Source: an uncultured bacterium
GTDB lineage: Bacteria; Hydrothermota; UBA3073; NMUJ01; CBEVQO01
NCBI GenBank assembly: GCA_965552055.1
Contig: CBEVQO010000002.1
Location: 320,001-384,000 of the forward strand
Length of the DNA stretch: 64,000 nucleotides
Direction: 5' to 3'
The notes under the pieces are model-generated. The model saw only the letters and a list, made by a program, of their open reading frames with translations, was not told the origin of the DNA and did not search any database. This document shows, piece by piece, positions 38,589 to 48,846 of this stretch. Made by a program: the position numbers and the translations under genes. Position 1 is the stretch's first letter; each line of letters opens with the position of its first letter.

Positions 38589-38964
38589 TTTTCTTTTCCT
38601 TTCTCTTTTTATAATCTTCTATCGCTGCTTTTATCGCCTGTTCCGCAAGCAAAGAGCAATGTAGCTTTTGAGGCGGTAAGCCTCCCAGAGCTTCTGTCAC
38701 AACCCTGTTTGATATCTCGAGTGCCTCTTCTATTGTTTTGCCTTTTATCATTTCCGTAGTCATAGAGCCCACAGCTATCGCTGCAACGCATCCAAAGGTC
38801 TCAAATTTCGCATCAACGATTTTACCATCCCTTACTTTTATATAAAGCCACATTACATCGCCACAAACAGGATTGCCAGCTTTACCCACACCATCTGCAT
38901 CTTCCATCCTGCCCATATTACGAGGATTCCTAAAATGCTCTATAACCTTTTCACTGTAATTCAT
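38581..38964 (-). CDS. iscU: Fe-S scaffold IscU/NifU
   Basis: YSEKVIEHFRNPRN, NPVCGD, FGC, KLHCS; start moved to ATG38964 after GGAGG. Confidence 0.93.
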   Translation of the reverse strand: MNYSEKVIEHFRNPRNMGRMEDADGVGKAGNPVCGDVMWLYIKVRDGKIVDAKFETFGCVAAIAVGSMTTEMIKGKTIEEALEISNRVVTEALGGLPPQKLHCSLLAEQAIKAAIEDYKKRKEKKNE

Positions 38965-39593
38965 CTTGACCTCCTGCATAGCTCTATCCCACCGTAAATT
39001 ACGCAACAAAGCCCCAGAATATAAATAAGCCAGTTGAATTTATGAGGAACAAAGTTGGCAAAATCCATACCTTTTCTAATTAAATTGATCGAAATTTCCA
39101 GAAAACTATAAAGAAGCAATGCAAATCCTGCAGGTATGGTTATCTTTGAAACTAAACTTATCTCAATTTTATCTTTATTTAATAAAAATCCACTGAAAAT
39201 CACAAAGCACAGTGCAATTAGCACCGGACAAATCCATGGTGCAAACCACGGCAACGGAATAAGGAACAAAACATCCCAATCTAAAATATGAGCTGGCCAG
39301 CCGATTAATATTTTTAACCAGATGTAATAAAATATATCCCATGCACCCCACAGGTAGAAAAAGATTGACAGACGATGAAACTTCCTGCGTTCAAAACAAC
39401 TTGCAACCGCATATAATATGAAAAGTGTAAAAAATTCACGAATAAGCTCAACTTTATAATCAAAAGGTGTAAACAATTTCAATGGAAAAATGCTCTTCAA
39501 ATTTTCAGGATAATACAATTCACGGAGATAAACAACCACAGCAGATTCTATATAGCCAGCAGATAAACCAATTAAAGTGAGCCAAACTATCAT
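38961..39593 (-). CDS. hypothetical integral membrane protein
   Basis: Multiple TM helices; ESAVVVYLR, WDIFYY, WDVLFLIPLPW. Confidence 0.75.
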   Translation of the reverse strand: MIVWLTLIGLSAGYIESAVVVYLRELYYPENLKSIFPLKLFTPFDYKVELIREFFTLFILYAVASCFERRKFHRLSIFFYLWGAWDIFYYIWLKILIGWPAHILDWDVLFLIPLPWFAPWICPVLIALCFVIFSGFLLNKDKIEISLVSKITIPAGFALLLYSFLEISINLIRKGMDFANFVPHKFNWLIYILGLCCVIYGGIELCRRSR

Positions 39594-39611
39594 TCCATCT
39601 GAAAGATAATA

Positions 39612-40517
39612 TCACACATATTTTATCATCTCGGTAAGTGCCCTTTTTGCTCTATCTATTATATCTGTGGGTAATTTCACTTCGTATCTCTCATATAGTA
39701 GGGCATCATAAACATCCTGTAAGCGCGTCAATTTCATATCGTAGCAGACCCTTGAATTACCCAGGGAATAAAATTTTTTATCGGGATTTTCCTTCTTTAA
39801 CTTTCTTATCATACCTTCTTCTGTCCCTATCACGAATTCTTTTGCATCGTTTTCTTTACAATATTTCAGCATTCCAGATGTTGATAGAACTGCATCAGCC
39901 TTATCAACTACCTGAGGGGGACACTCGGGATGCACCACAATCTTTGCACCGGGAAGCTCTTTCCTGACGAGCTCGGCATCTTCCACCCTGAAGCCCTGAT
40001 GAACATAACAAAATCCATTATATAAAATTATCTCTTTATCCTTTAAATTTTTCTGCACCCAGTTTCCCAGATTTTTATCCGGAATAAAGATTATCTTTTG
40101 TGCTTCTATATTTTGACAAACTTTTATTGCATTTGCTGAAGTACAGCAAACATCGGATACTGCTTTGACATCTGCCGTAGTATTTACATAAGCAACGACC
40201 TTAGCATCGGGATATTTCTTTTTTAACTCATTAACATCTTCTGGCTTTATGAAATCGGCGAGAGGACAGCCTGCGTTTTTAACGGGTATCAAAACCTTTT
40301 TATCGGGAGATAAAATTTTGGCAGTCTCAGCCATAAACCTCACACCACAAAATACAATTATATCTGCAGAGGTTTGGGATGCTTTTCGGGCAAGTTCAAG
40401 AGAATCACCTGTAAAATCCGCAATCTCCTGCACACCCATTATCTGATAATTGTGAGCAAGTATTATTGCATTCTTTTTCTCTTTCAATTCTTTGATTTTC
40501 TCAACTAAATCAAACAT
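39612..40517 (-). CDS. nadA: quinolinate synthase
   Basis: LAHNYQ, GDSLEL, FCGVRFMAE, YVNT, HPEC. Confidence 0.97.
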   Translation of the reverse strand: MFDLVEKIKELKEKKNAIILAHNYQIMGVQEIADFTGDSLELARKASQTSADIIVFCGVRFMAETAKILSPDKKVLIPVKNAGCPLADFIKPEDVNELKKKYPDAKVVAYVNTTADVKAVSDVCCTSANAIKVCQNIEAQKIIFIPDKNLGNWVQKNLKDKEIILYNGFCYVHQGFRVEDAELVRKELPGAKIVVHPECPPQVVDKADAVLSTSGMLKYCKENDAKEFVIGTEEGMIRKLKKENPDKKFYSLGNSRVCYDMKLTRLQDVYDALLYERYEVKLPTDIIDRAKRALTEMIKYV

Positions 40518-41676
40518 ATTTCTTCTCTTTCCAGAAAGGCGATAATTGACGCAACCTTTCCACTATCTCTGGCAACACTTCTAAAACTTTATCTATCTCA
40601 TCCTCAGTATTAAATTTGCTTAAACTGAATCTTATGCTACCATGTGCCAACTCGTGTGGCAAACCTATTGCGAGCAGTACATGTGAGGGCTCAAGCGAAC
40701 CCGAAGTGCATGCAGAGCCAGATGATGCACAAATTCCTTCAAAATCAAGTTCCATCAAAATACTTTCACCTTCTATATATTTAAAACATAAATTTAATGT
40801 ATTATAAAGGCGATTCTCAGGATGACCATTCACTATCACCTCGGGTATTTTTTCTAAAATTCCTCTTTCAAGTTTATCACGCAACTTTTTTACTTTTTTG
40901 GCTTCTTCCTGCATCTCTTTCATAGCAATTTCTGCTGCTTTACCGAGTCCTATTATCCCTGCTACATTTTCTGTTCCTGCGCGCCTGTTTCTCTCGTGAT
41001 GCCCTCCATGTAGAAGAGGATGAAATTTCACACCTTTTTTGACATAAAGTGCACCTACGCCTTTTGGACCATGAAATTTGTGCCCAGAAAGAGAAAGAAG
41101 GTCTATTCCCATCTTCTTTACATCAACAGGTATTTTGCCTACCGCCTGAACCGCATCCGTATGAAAATAAATACCATGTTCATGAGCTATTTTGGATATC
41201 TCCTCTATCGGCTCAATTGTGCCTATCTCATTATTTGCAAACATTATCGTTATCAAAATCGTATCTTTTCTTATTGCCTTTTTTAACTCATCGATATCAA
41301 CCACTCCGTATTTGTCCACAGGCAAATATGTTACTTCATAACCCATCTTTTCGAGCCATTTACAGGGATTTAGAACTGCATGATGCTCTATCTTTGAGGT
41401 AATAATATGCCTGCCTTTTTCTCTCAATGCAAATGCTATTCCTTTTATCGCAGTATTGTTCGATTCTGTTCCTCCAGAAGTGAAAATTATTTCTTCGGGT
41501 TCAGCATTTATAAGCCTTGCGACCTTTTCCCTTGCTTCTTCAACATCTTTTTTTACATTCTGTGCAAATTTGTAAATAGAAGAGGGATTGGCATACTGCT
41601 CCTTTAAATAGGGTAACATCGCATCAAACACCCTATCATCCATCTTTGTAGTGGCATTATTATCAAGATAAATCAT
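40510..41676 (-). CDS. iscS: cysteine desulfurase IscS/NifS
   Basis: YLDNNATT, SGHKFHGPKG, SSGSACTS. Confidence 0.96.
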   Translation of the reverse strand: MIYLDNNATTKMDDRVFDAMLPYLKEQYANPSSIYKFAQNVKKDVEEAREKVARLINAEPEEIIFTSGGTESNNTAIKGIAFALREKGRHIITSKIEHHAVLNPCKWLEKMGYEVTYLPVDKYGVVDIDELKKAIRKDTILITIMFANNEIGTIEPIEEISKIAHEHGIYFHTDAVQAVGKIPVDVKKMGIDLLSLSGHKFHGPKGVGALYVKKGVKFHPLLHGGHHERNRRAGTENVAGIIGLGKAAEIAMKEMQEEAKKVKKLRDKLERGILEKIPEVIVNGHPENRLYNTLNLCFKYIEGESILMELDFEGICASSGSACTSGSLEPSHVLLAIGLPHELAHGSIRFSLSKFNTEDEIDKVLEVLPEIVERLRQLSPFWKEKKYV

Positions 41677-42086
41677 TTTACCCTCCCTTCAATTAAATCC
41701 TTCAAAGTGATATTTCTTAATTTCTCTTTAAGCATCTCACTCAAATTTTTCCACATCTCTCTATTTCTGCAATTTTCAGAAAGATTACAAATTTGTGGAT
41801 TTTTTATACAATCGAGGAAATTCAAATCCTCATCCAATATTTCACATAGTTCAAAAATCGTTATTTTATCTGGTTTTTTCAAAATTTTATAACCGCCCCT
41901 TGCTCCCCTCTCACTCTCTATAATCTCATTTCTTTCAAGCACATTTGCGATTTGACGCAGATAAAAGGGAGAAACACCAATTTCACCTGCTATCTCACTT
42001 GTGCTCTTCTTCTCACCGCACGAAAGCGCCATCAAAAACCTTATCCCGTATCTCAACCTCGTCGATATCCTTATCATATCAATCAT
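41673..42086 (-). CDS. Rrf2/IscR-like transcriptional regulator
   Basis: RGARGGY; three Cys (C..C..C); heads the iscS operon. Confidence 0.9.
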   Translation of the reverse strand: MIDMIRISTRLRYGIRFLMALSCGEKKSTSEIAGEIGVSPFYLRQIANVLERNEIIESERGARGGYKILKKPDKITIFELCEILDEDLNFLDCIKNPQICNLSENCRNREMWKNLSEMLKEKLRNITLKDLIEGRVK

Positions 42087-42108
42087 AATTATTCAAATTG
42101 TAATTTTG

Positions 42109-42837
42109 TCAAGTAATTTTTTTGAGAAAGGATATTATGTAGTTTGATATCTGGGGGTTTGTTTCGCCTTCGTTTATTCCGTGCATCCCTTTTAGCCATC
42201 GTAATTCTTTTATTTTTGATTTCACATTGCGATAAATGAAGCGTGCGCTTTTGGGATGGGCTATGTCGTCATCAACAGAATGCAAAACCAGAATCGGTGC
42301 TTCTATTTTCTTTACAACCTTTTGCGCATCTTTTATCATCTCCTGTATTTCTTCAAATTTATCGAGAGGAATATTGTGGTAAATCCCTATACTCGTTACC
42401 CCTTTTCTCTTTAGTATCATTTCTACAATTTTTACTGCGATTACTCCTACTTTTACAATATTTGTGTAAAATAAAGGTGTATCCCACATCAATAATCCTG
42501 CTACTTTTTCTTTTTCCGCTATTTTAAGTCCGATTATTGCGCCTATTGATAATCCGCCAACGAATACATCTTCAACTTCCTTTTTGAATGCTTTGAATTT
42601 CCTGTGGGCATCTGCTATCCAGTCAGCAGGTGAAGTCTGGAAAAGGTCAAAAGGGTCAACCCTGCCTTCCTTACCTGTGCCATGACCAGGCAAAACAGGG
42701 CAATACACCGTAAAACCAGCTTCATTCAAATCAACTGCTATGCCTTCTAATTCTTTTGGAGTTTTGCCAAAACCATGAATTAGTAAGATACCTTTAGTTC
42801 CTCCCTGTAAAAATATCTCACCGTCACATATCTGCAC
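42109..42837 (-). CDS. alpha/beta-hydrolase carboxylesterase
   Basis: LLIHGF, PGHG, GLSIG nucleophile elbow. Confidence 0.88.
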   Translation of the reverse strand: MQICDGEIFLQGGTKGILLIHGFGKTPKELEGIAVDLNEAGFTVYCPVLPGHGTGKEGRVDPFDLFQTSPADWIADAHRKFKAFKKEVEDVFVGGLSIGAIIGLKIAEKEKVAGLLMWDTPLFYTNIVKVGVIAVKIVEMILKRKGVTSIGIYHNIPLDKFEEIQEMIKDAQKVVKKIEAPILVLHSVDDDIAHPKSARFIYRNVKSKIKELRWLKGMHGINEGETNPQISNYIISFLKKIT

Positions 42838-42874
42838 TTATTAAAATAATCGAGATATAGGATTGTCAATTATT

Positions 42875-45800
42875 TTATCTAATGTTTATCACTTTCTTTA
42901 CGATTTCTTTTTCGCCTGTCTTCATCTTAACAAAATAGACACCCGGATTTCCATTCCATTCAAATGTATGTAAGCCCTTCTCAATTCTTCCTTTATAAAG
43001 AACTGCATGGCATCTACCGAGTACATCGTAAACCGAAAGATTTATATCCATAGCATAAGGAACAGAAATGCTCAAAATAATCTTGCCTTTTGATGGATTT
43101 GGATAAACATTTAGATTTAAATTTTTAATAGGTATCTCAAGCAGAGATGCACTTATAGAAAATGAAAAAGTATCGGATGTGCTCTTATTTCCTGCCTTAT
43201 CAACGGCTTCAACAAACCAGTAATAAGTTGCATTACCAAGAGGTATTTCAATTTCTACTATCGTATCCTCGACTTCGACTTCTACTTGTGAAGTTTCTAC
43301 ATCAGGGCTCGTTGAAAGATGCATTATGTATTCTTCTGCTTCTCCCGACCATATTAATGTCACATAAGGGCTATTTAGGATTGTATCATCGGGTGGATAT
43401 TTAAGTATCGGTGCAGGCGGTGGTGTGGTATCCACGAAGAATACCCTTTTCTCCGAATAATCGCTCTTATTGCCTGCCTCATCGTAAGCCCAGACACGCC
43501 ACCAGTAAGTACCCTCGTCAAAATCAAGGGTTATCTTATTTACCTGCAGACCAGAAACATAAGAAATCAGGCTATCAAAGGCACTGTCGCTTGCGAATTC
43601 CAGATAATAGAAAACTTTTGTCCACTTAACTTCTGTCCATTTCAATGTGATGGATGTAATGTTGAACCATTGAGAATCAGCAGGGCTCAAAGGATAGGGT
43701 GCCAAAGGTGGAGTAGCATCAATTATTAATTTAAACGCATCTGTAAAGTCGCTTTCTTGTCCAACAATATCTATTGCTTTTACTCTCCAGTAAATTACGG
43801 TATCCGCTGTCGGTGGTAATGTATAGAATGTATCTGTGATATCTTTTATCGTTATAACATTATTTGTAAAACCGGAATCCGTAGAATATTGCAAAATGTA
43901 GTTTATTTTGCCGAGCACCTGTGGTCTTTTCCAGTGCAAAGTTGGTGTATTGTCGTTTATTACGCTTCCCGAAGCTGGCTCCGATAAAACGGGTTTCTCC
44001 GGCGGAAGTGCATACACGCTTCGCATCCAGCCCCTGCACATTTCAGCAAGGAACACAGCTTTATCCATTGCACAAATAGATGATGCAATAAAATCAAGAG
44101 TATCACATACAAAAGTTGAACCATCTGTGCTTCTTAAAAATAGTGAAATGTGGGCAGTATCGAAATATGCCATAAAAATATAACCCTGGGGCGAAAGCGT
44201 AAGCAATATAGGCAGGTCCGGGTTTGCACAGAAGTGTAGCAAAGTATCCATGTTGCCCGTAAGATTACATTTGAAAAGATAATAATCTGTGTCATTTGGA
44301 GTGAATATCAAATAAAGCAATTTTTTATCGCTGTCCCATGCAATTCTGCCTCCTATATTCAGAAATTCTTCCCATGTAAGTCCTTTGTCGTAGCTTACAA
44401 ATGTAGTTTCACCGGAGGCAAAAACGGTATCACTACCTTCAAGATATTTTACTTTGCTGTTCAAAACCATGTTCCATGTTGCACCGCAATCATCGCTTCT
44501 TATAACTGCTCCACCAGCAAAAGGATAATTGTTTATTCTGCATATTACACTGGAATCAGAAGGCGACACCCACATATCTGCTCCATAGTAATAAGTTGTT
44601 AATAGCCCGAGAATGTCCGTCTTTTCAGCATATTCCCAGTTTGTACCGAAATCGCAAGTGCGATAAAAAACATAAACAGAATCCGGACTTATTGAGGAAG
44701 CTTTATAACATTTAAAGCCATTTGCGTATATGATATTCCCATTCTCTGGATAAATCTGTGCTATCATGTTGTTTTTTGGAGCAGATTCAAAGAATTTGAA
44801 TTCACCATAATTGTAAACTCCATAAAGTAAACCTACGAACCTTTTTCCGAGCCCGATAAATGCAAATTTGTCATTAACACTTTTTGTCGCACTCCATTCA
44901 TGGCAGTAGATCGCATAAAGTCCATCATTATTTAACATGAACTCACCGAAATCAGACATTACCATTGCTCCTGCATCTGTAGCAACCCAAACTTCACCCC
45001 CGCTATTGTAATCAATATCGCTGGAATGTGCAGTCGAATCAAGACACCTGAATTTAAATGTCGTTAAATCACAATAATAAATACCATGAGCACCGAGACT
45101 CACAGCAAGTAGCATAGTGTCTTTCCTAACTATCTCCATATCCTCAATTCGTTTTATACCTATTTCTTTATTCAATTCATCTTTGGGAACCAATTTGTGC
45201 CATGTCAATCCTCTGTCAGTGGAATACAGAATGCACGAATCGTTGAAAGGTCCTGCATCAAAAGAGATGTAAATACCTGCACTATCATATCTGTTCAACA
45301 CGATATCCGTTGGATTTCCCATAAAATTTTTGGTAAAATAAAGAGTATCCCAGACGATTTTTCCCGAAGCAGACACCCCTCCCTTTAAAATCAAATTAAC
45401 ACTATCACCATAACCTACCGCAATGATTAAGCTGTCAAACGCAAAGAAAAAGTCAAGCTGTATGTCATCATAAGGATAAGGGAAATAGTCAATCATAGTA
45501 AAATCTCTGTAAGTTCCATCGTCATCGAATTCATAGAGATAAATGGTATCATTCATAAGAAGATATACACAGACGGTATCGCCCTTTTTATACATCTTTT
45601 CTTCAGATATGGCATCAGGCTCACCATTTATATTCCAGTCATAAAACCATGACATTCCTCCTGTTATTGAACGCATAATCCATCCATTTTGTATGAAAAC
45701 AAAACTCCTTTTGAAAGATACTGACTTTATATCGCCAAACTTCCAGTGCTCAAGATTCCTTATCCACATGCCACCCTGATAATACCACTGGTCTCTTCCT

Positions 45801-45937
45801 GAAAATGCCACAACCTGAGAATTGTCATTCACTCCTATTCTGTAAATCGCACCACCTTCTATGCTTTTCCTTTCCCAGTGGAAATCAATCGCAGAAAGCG
45901 TCCCCCATGCAAATATAAACAAACACAACCACCTCAT
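42875..45937 (-). CDS. secreted BNR-repeat / Ig-fold protein with T9SS type A sorting domain
   Basis: Signal peptide; S.D.G.TW BNR repeats; Ig/FN3 repeats; C-terminal VYPNP...YDVLGR...GVYFV. Confidence 0.85.
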   Translation of the reverse strand: MRWLCLFIFAWGTLSAIDFHWERKSIEGGAIYRIGVNDNSQVVAFSGRDQWYYQGGMWIRNLEHWKFGDIKSVSFKRSFVFIQNGWIMRSITGGMSWFYDWNINGEPDAISEEKMYKKGDTVCVYLLMNDTIYLYEFDDDGTYRDFTMIDYFPYPYDDIQLDFFFAFDSLIIAVGYGDSVNLILKGGVSASGKIVWDTLYFTKNFMGNPTDIVLNRYDSAGIYISFDAGPFNDSCILYSTDRGLTWHKLVPKDELNKEIGIKRIEDMEIVRKDTMLLAVSLGAHGIYYCDLTTFKFRCLDSTAHSSDIDYNSGGEVWVATDAGAMVMSDFGEFMLNNDGLYAIYCHEWSATKSVNDKFAFIGLGKRFVGLLYGVYNYGEFKFFESAPKNNMIAQIYPENGNIIYANGFKCYKASSISPDSVYVFYRTCDFGTNWEYAEKTDILGLLTTYYYGADMWVSPSDSSVICRINNYPFAGGAVIRSDDCGATWNMVLNSKVKYLEGSDTVFASGETTFVSYDKGLTWEEFLNIGGRIAWDSDKKLLYLIFTPNDTDYYLFKCNLTGNMDTLLHFCANPDLPILLTLSPQGYIFMAYFDTAHISLFLRSTDGSTFVCDTLDFIASSICAMDKAVFLAEMCRGWMRSVYALPPEKPVLSEPASGSVINDNTPTLHWKRPQVLGKINYILQYSTDSGFTNNVITIKDITDTFYTLPPTADTVIYWRVKAIDIVGQESDFTDAFKLIIDATPPLAPYPLSPADSQWFNITSITLKWTEVKWTKVFYYLEFASDSAFDSLISYVSGLQVNKITLDFDEGTYWWRVWAYDEAGNKSDYSEKRVFFVDTTPPPAPILKYPPDDTILNSPYVTLIWSGEAEEYIMHLSTSPDVETSQVEVEVEDTIVEIEIPLGNATYYWFVEAVDKAGNKSTSDTFSFSISASLLEIPIKNLNLNVYPNPSKGKIILSISVPYAMDINLSVYDVLGRCHAVLYKGRIEKGLHTFEWNGNPGVYFVKMKTGEKEIVKKVINIR

Positions 45938-45956
45938 CTTACCCTCCAATTTAAGT

Positions 45957-46019
45957 ATTTTAATGAAAAATTTCATTTGTCAACAAAAAATATTGACACA
46001 GATATTTTTTGCTTAAAAT
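45957..46019. promoter_or_regulatory. divergent pair of TTGACA-N15-TAAAAT promoters
   Basis: Minus 45983-45957 and plus 45993-46019. Confidence 0.7.
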
Positions 46020-46055
46020 TATTGATGTTATGCCGAAAAATAAAAGGGGGAGTAT

Positions 46056-47780
46056 ATGGAGAAGGCTCTTTTAACAGGAAATGAAGCTGTTGCAAGGGGC
46101 GCTTGGGAGGCAGGTTGCAGAGTAGCGTGCGCTTACCCGGGGACACCTTCTACCGAGATACTCGAAACCATCGGCAAATATTACAAGAAGGATATTTACT
46201 GCGAATGGTCCACCAATGAGAAAGTAGCACTCGAAGTTGCTTTTGGTGCTGCTATGGCAGGTGCACGGTCTATCTGCGCGATGAAACATGTAGGTTTAAA
46301 TGTAGCTGCCGACCCATTTTTCAGTGCAGGATATACAGGTGTAAAGGCAGGCTTTGTGATAGTATCCGCTGATGACCCGGAATGTCACTCATCACAAAAT
46401 GAGCAGGATAACAGACATTACGGGAGAGCTGCGAGAATACCGGTGCTCGAACCTTCTGATTCACAGGAAGCAAAAGAATTCACAAAAATAGCTTTTGAAA
46501 TCTCGGAAAAATTCGATACTCCAGTATTGCTCAGATTAACTACAAGGATAAGTCATTCACGAACGATTGTAAACCTTGAAGATAGAAAAGAAACGCCACC
46601 TCCTGAGTATAAACCCGATTTCAGAAAATATAACTTATTGCCGGTAAATGCAAGAGTAAGAAGAGTAGTCGCACAGGAGAGAATCAAAAAATTACAGGAA
46701 TTTAACGAAACTTTCGAATACAACAAAATTGAATGGGGTGATAAAGATATAGGCATTGTAACATGTGGCATCGCCTATCAATATGTTAAAGAGGTCTTTC
46801 CCACAAAAAGCGTCTTGAAACTCGCAATGACCTATCCCATTCCACCGCGCCTTGTAAAAGATTTCGCAAGCAAAGTTGAAAAACTTTATGTAATCGAAGA
46901 AAGAGACCCATTTATCGAAGAGCAAATTAGATTTCTCGGAATTGAAGTAATCGGAAAAGAAAAGGTACCCATTATCGGTGAATTAAATCAGGAAATTTTG
47001 AGAAAAAGTTTTGGCTTAGAAGAAAAAGGAAATAAAAAACTTGCAGAAAAAGTACCTTCGAGACCTCCTGTTTTGTGCCCTGGTTGTCCTCATCGTGGTG
47101 CTTTTTATGTTATAAATAAACTAAAACTTTACACCACGGGAGACATCGGGTGTTATACACTGGGAGCCCTTCCTCCCTTAAATGCGATGGATACCTGCAT
47201 CTGCATGGGTGCTTCCATAAGTAATGCTTTTGGACTCGAAGTTGCTTTAAGGGAAAAAATATGGGATAAACTTGTGGCAATCATAGGTGATTCAACATTT
47301 TATCATGCAGGGATTCCTCCTTTAATCGACCTTGTTTACAACAAAGGAAGGACAACGGTTATAATCCTTGACAACAGGACAACGGCAATGACAGGTCATC
47401 AGGAGCATCCTGGCACTGGCAAAACCCTAATGGGTGAAGATACGGTTGAAATAAAATTGGAAGATGTAGCAAAAGGATGCGGTGTGAAAAGAGTGAGAGT
47501 CGTTGATGCATTTAATTTGAAAGAAATTGAAGATGCTATAAAAGAAGAAGTAAAGGCACCTGAGCCCTCTGTAATCATAGTAAGGGGTGGATGTGCGCTC
47601 AGAACCCCTCGCAAACCTCCTTTAAAGGTAATCGAAGATAAATGTAAAGGTTGTAAACTATGCATAAAACTTGGCTGTCCTGCTATTTTCTTCAGAGAAG
47701 GCAAAGCTTTTATCTCTGATATTCTGTGTAATGGCTGTGGATTGTGCAAACAGGTTTGTCCATTTGGTGCAATTGAGTAG
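46056..47780 (+). CDS. iorA: indolepyruvate:ferredoxin oxidoreductase alpha subunit
   Basis: YPGTPSTEI, MKHVGLNVAAD, SSQNEQD, CPGCPH, C-terminal 2x4Fe-4S. Confidence 0.95.
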   Translation: MEKALLTGNEAVARGAWEAGCRVACAYPGTPSTEILETIGKYYKKDIYCEWSTNEKVALEVAFGAAMAGARSICAMKHVGLNVAADPFFSAGYTGVKAGFVIVSADDPECHSSQNEQDNRHYGRAARIPVLEPSDSQEAKEFTKIAFEISEKFDTPVLLRLTTRISHSRTIVNLEDRKETPPPEYKPDFRKYNLLPVNARVRRVVAQERIKKLQEFNETFEYNKIEWGDKDIGIVTCGIAYQYVKEVFPTKSVLKLAMTYPIPPRLVKDFASKVEKLYVIEERDPFIEEQIRFLGIEVIGKEKVPIIGELNQEILRKSFGLEEKGNKKLAEKVPSRPPVLCPGCPHRGAFYVINKLKLYTTGDIGCYTLGALPPLNAMDTCICMGASISNAFGLEVALREKIWDKLVAIIGDSTFYHAGIPPLIDLVYNKGRTTVIILDNRTTAMTGHQEHPGTGKTLMGEDTVEIKLEDVAKGCGVKRVRVVDAFNLKEIEDAIKEEVKAPEPSVIIVRGGCALRTPRKPPLKVIEDKCKGCKLCIKLGCPAIFFREGKAFISDILCNGCGLCKQVCPFGAIE

Positions 47781-47788
47781 GAGGGGCT

Positions 47789-48409
47789 ATGACATATTCC
47801 ATTCTTGTTGCAGGTGTTGGAGGTCAGGGCATTTTGTTATCGAGCGACCTTATTTCGATATGTGCTATGGAAGCTGGTTACGATGTGAAAAAGTCAGAAG
47901 TGCATGGTATGGCACAGAGAGGGGGTGCTGTAGTATCGTGTGTTAGATTCGGAGAAAAAGTTTATTCACCTCTCATAACTCACGGTGAGGCAGATTTTAT
48001 CTTATCTTTCGAAAAATTAGAGGCATTGCGATGGGCTGAATACATAAAAGATGGTGGAATTTTTATAGTTAACAATTTTGAATTCCCTACTCTTGCGATG
48101 AATATAGGAGATGAGGAATATCCCGAAAAAATTGAAGAAAAGTTAAAAAAATTCGGTGAAGTTTATATTATTGACGGTTTATCGCTTGCGCGTAAAGCAG
48201 GAGACCCAAGGGTTACAAATGTTGTTCTGTGCGGTGCACTCGCATTTATGATGAAGGAAAAAGGAATTGACCTCGGAGACGAAAACTGGCAAAAAGCAAT
48301 TGAAAAAAGAGTTCCCAAAAAATATTTGGAAATTAATAAGAGTGCCTTTAAGATGGGATTTGATGCCATGAAAGAGATATATGAGGAATCTCAAAAAGAA
48401 GGGGGCTAA
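47789..48409 (+). CDS. iorB: indolepyruvate:ferredoxin oxidoreductase beta subunit
   Basis: GVGGQG, EVHGMAQRGG. Confidence 0.95.
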   Translation: MTYSILVAGVGGQGILLSSDLISICAMEAGYDVKKSEVHGMAQRGGAVVSCVRFGEKVYSPLITHGEADFILSFEKLEALRWAEYIKDGGIFIVNNFEFPTLAMNIGDEEYPEKIEEKLKKFGEVYIIDGLSLARKAGDPRVTNVVLCGALAFMMKEKGIDLGDENWQKAIEKRVPKKYLEINKSAFKMGFDAMKEIYEESQKEGG

Positions 48410-48808
48410 CTTGGAATTCATAACAAGTTTTTCGCCCGAAGATGTTAGCGAAACAAGATATGATATTACACCTGCGAATATAAATCCCATAAATACTCCG
48501 AATGCCCCACCGAGCAATGAATCGAGGAAGCCCAGTTTCAGGAAAGTAAAAAATTTCTTAACAGAAAAACCTATAAAGTTTATCGCCAAAATCGTAAGTA
48601 TGAAGATTATCAAAAAGGAGACAAGTATTGCGAGTTTCGGATTTGAGATTGGCAAAGCAGATGCAAGTTTCGGGGAGAATCTCACACCAAGGAATACTCC
48701 GAGTGCAATTCCTCCGAGTCCAAAAAGAGCATGCGTTATGCCTTTGACAAAATAATAAATAGCGAATACGAATATAATGACAAGCAAAAGTATATCGAGC
48801 CCGGACAT
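48179..48808 (-). CDS. cvpA: CvpA (colicin V production) family membrane protein
   Basis: LDILLLVII...KG..., LDSLLGGAFG, NSKLAP; preceded by TTGACA-N15-TATAAT. Confidence 0.8.
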   Translation of the reverse strand: MSGLDILLLVIIFVFAIYYFVKGITHALFGLGGIALGVFLGVRFSPKLASALPISNPKLAILVSFLIIFILTILAINFIGFSVKKFFTFLKLGFLDSLLGGAFGVFMGFIFAGVISYLVSLTSSGEKLVMNSKLAPFFLRFLIYLFHGIKSHLKGTLINFQIFFGNSFFNCFLPVFVSEVNSFFLHHKCECTAQNNICNPWVSCFTRKR

Positions 48809-48846
48809 CTTAAATTATACATATATGAGTATTTTGTCAACAAAAA

